Shown: positions 29,699 through 38,144 of the stretch, piece by piece
Numbering within the stretch: the stretch's first letter is position 1
Layout: each line of letters begins with the position of its first letter
Assembly: GCF_030915385.1 (NCBI RefSeq)
Contig: NZ_CP133268.1
Location: 2,097,430 to 2,161,429 of the forward strand
Direction of reading: 5' to 3'
DNA length: 64,000 nt
Source of the DNA: Neobacillus sp. PS3-12
GTDB lineage: Bacteria > Bacillota > Bacilli > Bacillales > Cytobacillaceae
Position numbers and translations under genes: made by a program
The notes under the pieces: generated by a model
The model's input: only the letters and a program-made list of their open reading frames with translations
Told to the model about the DNA's origin: nothing
The model's database searches: none

Positions 29699-30607
29699 AT
29701 GTTACTGAAAAGCAGAACTGAATCTGATGAATTACTGAAAATGCGATCATTAAACAACAGGATGGAGTTATCACTAGAAGACAAGTCCCATTATTTCAAC
29801 CTCGAAAAAGGGTATGAAGGTGAGGTGAAATTTGACAGGATGGCAGAAAGTCATCAAGAAGAAAGATATCTCATTAATGACTTGCTGCTAAGAGTAGGTA
29901 ATTCTTATTTTCAAATTGATACCACAATGATTTCACAGGAAATCATTCGACTACTGGATATTAAAAATTTCGAAGGTGATTTTTGCCTGGAGAATGACAG
30001 ATTTTACTCCGTTAAAACCGGCCGTGAATATAAAAATCCTATCAGACAATTACAGAATAGTGCCTCCCAATTCCGCCAACTGCTCCAAATCCTCAAGCTA
30101 CATTACCTCGTTGAAGCCTCTGTTATTTTTATAAACCCAGAATTCGCCTTATACAATGCCTCTAGGGACTTGCCAATTATTCTTCCCAATCAAGTTGATC
30201 GGTTTTTAAAAGGCATCAATCAAACACCTTCCAAGTTGAATGATGGGCAAAAAAAACTGGCCCACCGATTAATTTCATTGCATCAAACTAAAAATCCATT
30301 TTCGTTAGTTCCAAAATATAATTATGAGCAGCTGCAAAAGAATCTCTTTTGTAAATTTTGTTATTCCTTTTTAGTCACTTTTCAAAATCATACTTTAGTT
30401 TGCGGAAAGTGTGGAGGTCATGAAACGGTTGAAGAAGGGATTTTGCGGAATGTGAGGGAGTTTCAGCTGCTGTTCCCTGAAAGGAAGGTTACGACTTCGG
30501 GCATCTACGAGTGGTGCAACATTGGTCTATCAAAAAAGACTTTTCGTAGGGTTTTAAACAAGAACTTTGCGGCTTTTGGAAAAACGAGCGACTGTTTTTT
30601 TAAATAA
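29699..30607 (+). CDS. NERD (nuclease-related domain) protein with C-terminal Cys4 zinc ribbon
   Basis: 'EKGYEGEVKFDRM...QIDTTMIS' NERD pattern; CKFC...CGKCGG. Confidence 0.7.
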   Translation: MLLKSRTESDELLKMRSLNNRMELSLEDKSHYFNLEKGYEGEVKFDRMAESHQEERYLINDLLLRVGNSYFQIDTTMISQEIIRLLDIKNFEGDFCLENDRFYSVKTGREYKNPIRQLQNSASQFRQLLQILKLHYLVEASVIFINPEFALYNASRDLPIILPNQVDRFLKGINQTPSKLNDGQKKLAHRLISLHQTKNPFSLVPKYNYEQLQKNLFCKFCYSFLVTFQNHTLVCGKCGGHETVEEGILRNVREFQLLFPERKVTTSGIYEWCNIGLSKKTFRRVLNKNFAAFGKTSDCFFK

Positions 30608-30640
30608 TTCCCGGGTCTGGTGTTGGTGTATGGTGTGATA

Positions 30641-31180
30641 TTCAGACAATGTTCCGAAGTTATCTTGAACTTGAACTAAAACTTCGGACATGGCCACGCC
30701 TTTTTGCGTTTGCTTTGTCCGAAGTTAGCCCGTCTTCGGACACGTCCACCCTTTTTTCGCCTTGCTTTGTCCGAAGCTAGCCCGACTTCGGACACGTCCA
30801 CCCTTTTTTTACCTTACTTTGTCCGAAGTTATCTTGAACTTAAACTTCGGACATGGCCACGCCTTTTTGCCTTGGCTTTGTCCGAAGTTAGCCCGTCTTC
30901 GGACACGTCCACCCTTTTTTCGCCTTGCTTTGTCCGAAGCTAGCCCGACTTCGGACACGTCCACCCTTTTTTTACCTTACTTTGTCCGAAGTTATCTTGA
31001 ACTTAAACTTCGGACATGGCCACGCCTTTTTGCCTTTGCTTTGTCCGAAGTTAACCCGACTTCGGACACGATCACCCTTTTTTCGCCTTGCTTTGTCCGA
31101 AGTTTACCCGTCTTCGGACACGACCACCCTTTTTTTGCTTTGCCTTGTCCGAAGTTATCTTGTCACCGACCTTATTGAAC
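30641..31180. repeat. higher-order tandem array of hairpin units (about 10 units of 52-59 bp; about 163-bp A-B-C super-unit x3) between convergent genes
   Basis: each unit is gtccgaag-loop-cttcggac, then acgtccaccc and a T6-7 run. Confidence 0.85.
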
Positions 31181-31244
31181 CAATGACTCCGACTGTTTTT
31201 TTTAAAAAAGGGATCCATTTTCATAATAGATCCCAGCAAAAAAA

Positions 31245-32756
31245 TTATTCACCATCTTTACTAATTTCTTTAATACCCTGAGCAATCGCCCCAAGTTCAC
31301 CTTTTAAGTTATGTTTCCCTGAATAGTTTTCTATCAGTTCTTTCAAGTCCAATCCTGTTGTCTCTTTCAGAGATTCCTGCAGGCCGGCCATTAAACTGGT
31401 TATATTACCACTGACAGTTGAAATTCCGCTGCCATTTCCAGAGTCAATAACGGTTACCTTATCAATATTACCAATCGGTTCAGCAACGGCTTTTGCGTAT
31501 TCCGGTAACATTTTAATGATCATATCCATAATGGCAGCATTGCCAAATTCTTCGAATGCCCTTGCTTTTTCTCTCAATACATTTGCTTCCGCCATCCCCT
31601 GTTTTTCAATGGCTGATGCGGTCGCTTCCCCTTCAGCAGCAATAGCCTTTGCATTAGCAAGACCTTCTAATTCTACTTTCCTCGCCTCAGCTTCGGCCTT
31701 GTTAATTTCCTGGATTTTTAAAGCTTCCGATTGATTTTGAATGCGAATCTTTTCAGCTTCTGATTCTTTAACCTTTTTATAATATTCAGCATCGGCCAAT
31801 TTCACAACAGTGGCCGTGTACTCTTTTTCTTTTCTTTGAATCTCTTTTTCTTCCAACTCAATTTTCTTTTCACGTTCGACAATTTCTACTTGAATCTCTT
31901 GTTGCTTTAATTCTTGATTACGTTGCGTCGTTTGTAGTTCAAAGGCAATCGCAGCATTCGCTTTTGCTGTATCTTCGACGATTTTAAATTCGGCAAGTCT
32001 TAATTCATTATTTTTCTTCGCTTCTGCGATTTCAGCCGCTCTTTCATACTCAGCAGAAGTCGCCTCTTTTTTTGCCTGAGCAACTTGAATTCTCTGCTCC
32101 TTCTCGGCATTCGCACGAGCAACCTCTGCATCCCGTTTTACCTCTGCCGTACGCCTTTGCGCCAAACTGCTAATGTAGTCATGGTCATCCGTAACGTGGG
32201 TAATATTAAACGTAACAATTTCAATCCCGAGTTTCTGTAAATCGGTTTCACTGGTTCTTTTGACAGAGGAAGAAAAGCTATCCCGATTCTTATTCGCTTC
32301 CTCAACGGTTAATGTTGCGATGATCGCCTTTAAATGTCCCTCTAAAATCTGGCGGATTTGTTGTTCACGATGTTCCGTCTGCACGCCTAAAAAGTTTTCC
32401 GCCGCACTAATCAGATTTTTTGTATCGTTATAAAATTTCACCGTTGCCACAGCCGTAACGTTAATGGGGACATCCTCTCTAGTTACAATCCCTTTTGCTT
32501 CAACGGTTAAGTTTGAAGGCTGCAGGCTCACTGTCCCCATTTTATGAATAATTGGTAAAACTACAGCTCCTCCACCGACAACAACTTTAATTTTTTTCCC
32601 TTGTTCATCTGTTTCTACGTTTCTGTTGCCCAAAGCACTCCCTGTAATCACCATCGCCGTGTCTCTTCCTACAACCTTATACCGGCTAATGGCATAAAGG
32701 ATTACGCCCAATATGACGACTACTAATACGCCGCCTATACCAATTGTTGAAGCCAT
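31245..32756 (-). CDS. floT: flotillin-like SPFH protein FloT (YuaG)
   Basis: N-terminal TM, Band-7 domain, long EA-rich coiled coil; 503 aa. Confidence 0.85.
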   Translation of the reverse strand: MASTIGIGGVLVVVILGVILYAISRYKVVGRDTAMVITGSALGNRNVETDEQGKKIKVVVGGGAVVLPIIHKMGTVSLQPSNLTVEAKGIVTREDVPINVTAVATVKFYNDTKNLISAAENFLGVQTEHREQQIRQILEGHLKAIIATLTVEEANKNRDSFSSSVKRTSETDLQKLGIEIVTFNITHVTDDHDYISSLAQRRTAEVKRDAEVARANAEKEQRIQVAQAKKEATSAEYERAAEIAEAKKNNELRLAEFKIVEDTAKANAAIAFELQTTQRNQELKQQEIQVEIVEREKKIELEEKEIQRKEKEYTATVVKLADAEYYKKVKESEAEKIRIQNQSEALKIQEINKAEAEARKVELEGLANAKAIAAEGEATASAIEKQGMAEANVLREKARAFEEFGNAAIMDMIIKMLPEYAKAVAEPIGNIDKVTVIDSGNGSGISTVSGNITSLMAGLQESLKETTGLDLKELIENYSGKHNLKGELGAIAQGIKEISKDGE

Positions 32757-32774
32757 GAAATCTCCTCATTCCTA

Positions 32775-33317
32775 TTAGAATTTAAAAATATCTATTTCAG
32801 CAGTGTTTCTTTGAAAAACAACAAATCGGTTATCTTTTACTTCCCATACAATTACTTCTGCATCTAACGGAATGGCATTTCCATCCCTGCTGATGGCTGT
32901 TCGAAAAATAAATCCTAAGTCATGTTCAACTTTTACTTCACCTAATGAATCCGTTCCTTCCCCTATTCCCATTGTAATAATTCCTTTTCTGCCCACCATA
33001 TCTTCTAAATCAATAGCAGAAGAATTCTCCATATGTTTTAAAGGTCGTAAGAAGAAATAAGAAATAAGAAACGTAAAGACAAGAGCTCCTAGTGCAGAAA
33101 TCATTAATATTCCATTTGACGGAAACACGGAATGGATCATTTTTTGAAGAATCAACCCAACTCCGCCTAGAAAACTTGCAAACAATACGACTTCGCTCGG
33201 TCCAAAGGGCAATACATCTAGATGGCCCGTTATTGCATCCATGAGGTCGCCTAATAGTAAAACAACGATTAATAATATGACGCCTCCAATCAACAGATAC
33301 CAATAAATGTGTTCCAT
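32775..33317 (-). CDS. yuaF: NfeD-like membrane protein (YuaF), upstream partner of floT
   Basis: 3 TM segments plus C-terminal OB-like domain; synteny with floT. Confidence 0.7.
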   Translation of the reverse strand: MEHIYWYLLIGGVILLIVVLLLGDLMDAITGHLDVLPFGPSEVVLFASFLGGVGLILQKMIHSVFPSNGILMISALGALVFTFLISYFFLRPLKHMENSSAIDLEDMVGRKGIITMGIGEGTDSLGEVKVEHDLGFIFRTAISRDGNAIPLDAEVIVWEVKDNRFVVFQRNTAEIDIFKF

Positions 33318-33744
33318 TGTGGCTCCATCGACGTGCAAAGTCATCACCGCCTTTTCAGTTATATGAGCTTGCTTTACGGATCGTTCTTTGACTTTCCCTA
33401 AACTGAAAGCACTCTATAAACATATTTTACCAGAGCTAACAGTATTAAAGGCACCAAATATTTTAAAAAAACAGAAAGCACTCAAGTACCAGTTCACAAA
33501 AATTTCACTAAATCTCACCTGTCCTTTTGCCCCCTTTCTTCCTATATAGAAGGTGAAAGGGTGGTGTTTATGGGGGTTTTCATGGAGGAGTTGGAGCAAT
33601 TGGTTGAATAATGTTGCCTTACAAGCGCTTTTAATAACTATTTATGAGCTTAGTTAAGTCAAAAAGCAGAGTTTCTCGGGGGCACAAAACGTGGAAAACC
33701 CACAGGCTCTTGGGGGATTTCACCTGTGGGTTAATCTGAATTTT

Positions 33745-33855
33745 TTATTCCTGGATTGCACTTAACAATTCTGAAATCTGATAGGGAATGGCAATGTAAT
33801 TCACATACTCGAATGGGTTTTCTGTTTCAACTTCAACATCTAGAATGGCTTCCAT
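33745..33855 (-). CDS. 36-aa acidic small protein (MEAILDVEVETENPFEYVNYIAIPYQISELLSAIQE), coupled downstream of DoxX paralog 3
   Basis: paralog of ORF 12634-12750. Confidence 0.5.
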   Translation of the reverse strand: MEAILDVEVETENPFEYVNYIAIPYQISELLSAIQE

Positions 33856-33889
33856 AGCATTCTAACCTCTTTTATATTGAATTTTTGCA

Positions 33890-34411
33890 TTACGCACTGT
33901 GTTTAACAGAATGGGTAGTATCATTTCCTTTGGCAGCAAATTTACGAACGAATGGGATTACCCAACGGTCTAAACCGATACGTCCTGCATTGAAACCAGC
34001 AGCAAGGATGATCACACCAAGTAAAATATCTAATGGGTTACTAGAAACTACTCCAGCAAACACATAAGAGAAGTTCATGACTAGTCCAAAAAATGCCGCT
34101 ACTGTTGTTAAGCATCCAAGGATTAAACCTACACCAACTAAAAACTCACCATAAGGAACAAGGACGTTGAAAAGGTGTGCATTTGGTATGGCAAAGTGTT
34201 TTAAGAAACTAACATATGTTGGATATTCAACTGCTTTTGTTGGACTAAGAACTGGATGCGCAGCTACTCCTGTTAAAAATCCAGTTACATCAAACTTGCC
34301 GCCAGATATTTTTTCAAATCCCGCCAGCATGAATTCATAACCAACATAAAGTCGAATGACAGTTAGAATGTAAGCAGCAATTTTATTTTCTCTTAAAAAT
34401 TTGTTAAACAT
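33890..34411 (-). CDS. DoxX family membrane protein, paralog 3
   Basis: near-identical to paralog 1. Confidence 0.8.
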   Translation of the reverse strand: MFNKFLRENKIAAYILTVIRLYVGYEFMLAGFEKISGGKFDVTGFLTGVAAHPVLSPTKAVEYPTYVSFLKHFAIPNAHLFNVLVPYGEFLVGVGLILGCLTTVAAFFGLVMNFSYVFAGVVSSNPLDILLGVIILAAGFNAGRIGLDRWVIPFVRKFAAKGNDTTHSVKHSA

Positions 34412-34504
34412 ATAAAAGACTCCTTTTTTATAAACATAATTATTAACTTGATTACACTGTTATTATAAATAATTTATCTCGAATTAAGGGCTTTTTGTTC
34501 AATA

Positions 34505-34558
34505 ATTCACATATAGTTCAAAAAGAATTGAACAAAAATTGACAACGATTATCAATTA
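34505..34558. promoter_or_regulatory. conserved DoxX upstream element, copy 3
   Basis: ttcacatatagttcaaaaagaattgaacaaaaattgacaacgattatcaattag. Confidence 0.5.
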
Positions 34559-34589
34559 GCCAACCCTAAGGTTTCATGAAAAAACCGTC

Positions 34590-34712
34590 TCAACGGAGGC
34601 AGTCTTTACATCGAACGGTTCTATATTACCTTCTACTTCATTCTTTTCGGCTTTCGGTCATATAGATGGTTCTATGTTACCTTCTACCTCATTCACCAAC
34701 GCAATCACCTAA
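34590..34712. repeat. family R2 palindrome-containing tandem repeats, about 2 copies
   Basis: ggtcatatagatggttctatgttaccttc. Confidence 0.6.
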
Positions 34713-34758
34713 ATTTTAGCAAAACCCCTTCAGGTATAGTTGAAGGGGTTTAAAGTAA

Positions 34759-35634
34759 CTATTTTTTCTCTTTGATAACAAATAAAACACCAGTAAGAAT
34801 GAGGATAGATCCTATCCAAAACGTTACACCAATGCTCTCTCCTAAAATAAGCCATCCGAGTAATGTCCCCACCACGGGTTGAAAGAAGAAAAACAGCCCA
34901 CCGCTTGAGGCGTTTAGCATTTGTAATCCACGATTCCAAAGTAGAAAGCCACCTGCTGTTGATACAATCCCCAAATACAAGATTCCTCCCCAAATGGCCG
35001 GGTGAGTCAGTTGCGAGATATGAATTGAATGTAACCTTGGCAAGACAAATGGGGTCAACACGATAAGGGCTACCAGGATGGAATAGGTTGTAACCACAAT
35101 TTGTGAATATTCACTCGGCACACGCTTTACAAGTACAGACATGAGCGCCCATGTTAACGCAGCAATCAAGAGTGCAATACCACCAAGTTTACTGGACAAA
35201 TTCACATGACCGACTCCAACAATGAGAAAAACCCCAATTGTCGCTAAACAAACGGAAAGTGCCTTTTTTAACGTGAATCGTTCTTTAAGAAGCAGCCGAG
35301 CAAAAATAACCATAAATGCTGGTGTTGCCGAGGTGATAATCGCACCCGTTTGTGCTGACGATAGCATGGTACCCGTTTCCTGCGTCACAATTGAAATGGC
35401 GTTACCAATGATCCCAATGGCTATGATGATTAAGAAATGCCGTTTATCAATTTGCCATTTTTGCCGTGAGATAAAGCCGATAACTAGAAGTGCGACAATA
35501 GCCACTAAATAGCGCATCCACACAAGTTCCAGCGGAGGTATGACCATTACTGTAACTTTAACAACGACGTACATACCGCCCCAAATACTGGATGCTAAGG
35601 CTAAATATATCGAACCTAATAATGTGTTTTTCAT
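34759..35634 (-). CDS. EamA/DMT family transporter
   Basis: 10 TM segments; two EamA repeats. Confidence 0.8.
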   Translation of the reverse strand: MKNTLLGSIYLALASSIWGGMYVVVKVTVMVIPPLELVWMRYLVAIVALLVIGFISRQKWQIDKRHFLIIIAIGIIGNAISIVTQETGTMLSSAQTGAIITSATPAFMVIFARLLLKERFTLKKALSVCLATIGVFLIVGVGHVNLSSKLGGIALLIAALTWALMSVLVKRVPSEYSQIVVTTYSILVALIVLTPFVLPRLHSIHISQLTHPAIWGGILYLGIVSTAGGFLLWNRGLQMLNASSGGLFFFFQPVVGTLLGWLILGESIGVTFWIGSILILTGVLFVIKEKK

Positions 35635-35835
35635 TTTTTATACCCTCCGTCTTTTTTTAGGTCGAAAATGCCCCTAACGGAGAGAGGTAGTCACCCACAC
35701 TCCACTAAGAGCAGAAGTGTGCTACTGGTACGTCGTTTTCAAATAATGGGGTCCAATACATTTTGATTCACCTCTAGTCAATTTGTTTTTTATTGTAGCA
35801 GAATATTGAGATTTTTTATATCATTCCATACCAGA

Positions 35836-35882
35836 CTCTATAATGCCGTATCTCTCTTCTTTTTTATGAGATCGGGCATCAT
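35836..35882. repeat. single R1-family unit
   Basis: ttttttatgagatcgggcatcatagaaacc. Confidence 0.45.
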
Positions 35883-35920
35883 AGAAACCTCAAAACTGAG
35901 TGAGGGTCCGCCCTCTTTTT

Positions 35921-36095
35921 CAAGAAAAAAACCCAATTCAAACCTTCTGAATTGGGCTCCTCATACAAGCTTTTTAAATATCACCTCAAGGTCCATTGAT
36001 CTTTTTAACGTATTGTAAATAGGCCCTAAAAGCAAAAACCATCAAAATCATTGTCCTGAAGATCAGCAAATAAATAAAGGTTACGGTTATTTTTC
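35921..36095 (-). pseudogene. degenerate copy of the last about 55 codons of the OsmC-like gene (direct repeat of 37662-37825); contains in-frame stop
   Basis: translation ...NNRNLYLFADLQDNDFDGFCF*GLFTIR.. versus the OsmC-like C-terminus ITVTAFLYVELEDDDFNDFCFGALKHSPIYNTLKRSM; ends NTLKRSMDLEVIFKKLV*. Confidence 0.6.
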
Positions 36096-36098
36096 TGA

Positions 36099-37370
36099 TT
36101 AACGGTTCATCGGGTCGTGACGGGTACCATTCAAAGGGAGGATAATATCAACGGTTGTCCCCTTATTTATTCCACTTTCTATCATTATGGTTCCCTGATG
36201 TTCTTCGATAATTTTATAGCTGACCATTAAACCCAAACCAGTTCCTTTTTCTTTTGTTGTATAGAAGGGTTCGCCTAATTTGGGTAATAAGTCGCTAGGG
36301 ATCCCGCGCCCATTATCGGTAAATTGAATCCGTACTTTATCTTCTTCCCATTTTGTGATCTTAATATCGATTTTTCCGTTTTCCCGAACAGCCTCTATCG
36401 CATTTTTAAAGATATTGATAAATACCTGCTTTATTTGATTTCCTTCACATTTAACCATCATATCCGGTTCAAGCTCTTTTGTGACCTCTATGTTCTTTAC
36501 AATGGCGATAGTCTCAAGCAATGTGATGACATCTGTTAATAAAGATGTAATATTTTCAATTCGATAAGTCACCGCCTGAGGCTTGGAAAGGACCATAAAC
36601 TCACTTACAATTAAATTGATGCGCTCAATTTCTGATAACATAATGTCATAATATTGTTTATCCTCCGTCTCCTTGCCTTCAAGTAATTGGAGAAAACCCT
36701 TTATTGAAGTTAGCGGATTTCGAATTTCATGTGCGACAGCCGCAGCTAATTCCCCTACAATGGAAAGCTTCTCCGATCTCCTGATCAGTTCCTCTCTATC
36801 TTTTGAATTTGTAAGATCCCTAAGTATGACGAATGTCCCAACCATCCTTTCCTCTATTACAATCGGTACACTTTTTAGACTTACAATGATACAATTTCCA
36901 TTTTTGGTCAAACACCTGCACTCAATCATGAAAGACGTTTCTTTTCCTATTTCATGAAAGTGCTTTTGAACTTTATCTAAATCCTTTTCGCAAATAAGAT
37001 CTTTAAAAGAAATTTCCCTTAGCTCTCCTGTACTAAATCCCGTGACTTTCGCGGTTACATCATTAACAGATAGGATGTTTCCGGTTAAATCCAATTGCAG
37101 GATGGCATCCATATTATTTTCAATAAGACTTTTTAACTGCCGCTCCCGATCTTCAATATTTTTAATATTTCTTTTAATTAATTTGTATAAAAAAATGGCC
37201 GTTATCGTAACAAACACACATGCTTTTACCGTACTTGCCCAAACAATTTGGAGATCATGAAACAAGGATAATATCCAATCGGTCGAGTAAATCCAGAGAA
37301 AACTAGATAAAATATAGAGCATCGTTATTTTAAAAGAGATTTTTTTACTAGAACTTGCATTACTCTGCAT
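36099..37370 (-). CDS. PAS-domain sensor histidine kinase (orphan, Kin-type)
   Basis: N-terminal TM helices, PAS, 'AHEIRNPLTSIKGF' H-box, HATPase_c; AAGGGAG RBS. Confidence 0.8.
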   Translation of the reverse strand: MQSNASSSKKISFKITMLYILSSFLWIYSTDWILSLFHDLQIVWASTVKACVFVTITAIFLYKLIKRNIKNIEDRERQLKSLIENNMDAILQLDLTGNILSVNDVTAKVTGFSTGELREISFKDLICEKDLDKVQKHFHEIGKETSFMIECRCLTKNGNCIIVSLKSVPIVIEERMVGTFVILRDLTNSKDREELIRRSEKLSIVGELAAAVAHEIRNPLTSIKGFLQLLEGKETEDKQYYDIMLSEIERINLIVSEFMVLSKPQAVTYRIENITSLLTDVITLLETIAIVKNIEVTKELEPDMMVKCEGNQIKQVFINIFKNAIEAVRENGKIDIKITKWEEDKVRIQFTDNGRGIPSDLLPKLGEPFYTTKEKGTGLGLMVSYKIIEEHQGTIMIESGINKGTTVDIILPLNGTRHDPMNR

Positions 37371-37670
37371 TACGGGCTCCCTTTCACATACAATCATTCA
37401 TTTTTTTCTAATTAAATTTTAAATGATTACAAGCAAGTAATGAAATGGGAAAATGAACCATCTGAAACATGGGGACGGTTCGCGTGTTTCATTTTGGCGA
37501 AAAACCCATAAAAATTCAGAATGGGTTTTAACACGGTTTGGTGAATAATGCATGTGGTTGTCATTAAGCCATGATGCGAAGATTTTTGGTGATTCCCTGA
37601 GTCTTATATATGAAGGATTGAAACACTAGGTAGATTAGACTGAAACGTTGGAACCGTCCCGTTGTTTCCC

Positions 37671-38144
37671 TCATACAAGTTTTTTAAATATGACTTCAAG
37701 GTGCATTGATCTTTTTAACGTATTGTAAATAGGGGAATGTTTAAGCGCCCCGAAGCAAAAATCATTAAAATCATCGTCCTCAAGTTCAACATATAAAAAA
37801 GCGGTTACGGTTATTTTTCTGATAAACGGTTCTTCCTCATACCCTTTTACACCAACCAAGGATAGCGGGTTTTCCAGTGAAAGGTTCAAAACTCCTTCAA
37901 TTTCTTCAATCATTGAACCTCTTTTTTTCGACTGTTCCAAGAGCGTCAATAGGATGCTGCTTAACACAGAGCCTGCGAAGTATTCGAGACTGCTGATTGG
38001 TTGGTATTCTGAATCAAAACTAATTTGCTTTTCGATCTGAAAGCTGTTTTTGTTTGTAAAAATTTTCACAGATGATAGATCATTCGACGTTCCCCTAAAG
38101 TTCATTTCGAAAATCCTGGATTCATCTAGTGGCCGCTTATTCAT
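37671..38144 (-). CDS. OsmC/Ohr-like family protein
   Basis: weak OsmC-like pattern 'SSLEYFAGSVLSSILLTLLE'. Confidence 0.5.
   Translation of the reverse strand: MNKRPLDESRIFEMNFRGTSNDLSSVKIFTNKNSFQIEKQISFDSEYQPISSLEYFAGSVLSSILLTLLEQSKKRGSMIEEIEGVLNLSLENPLSLVGVKGYEEEPFIRKITVTAFLYVELEDDDFNDFCFGALKHSPIYNTLKRSMHLEVIFKKLV

Noticed and set aside
30641-31180. Possible CRISPR array
   Set aside because: The units are contiguous near-identical repeats with no unique spacers. There are no cas genes in the window. It is a tandem hairpin repeat array.
30704-31281. Three overlapping + strand ORFs (MLCPKLARLRTRPPFF...) listed in the ORF track
   Set aside because: They are translations of the tandem hairpin repeats, with repetitive low-complexity protein and no RBS. 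Artefacts.
35635-35835. Possible structured 5' leader or riboswitch upstream of the EamA transporter
   Set aside because: No recognisable riboswitch consensus, only weak local hairpins.
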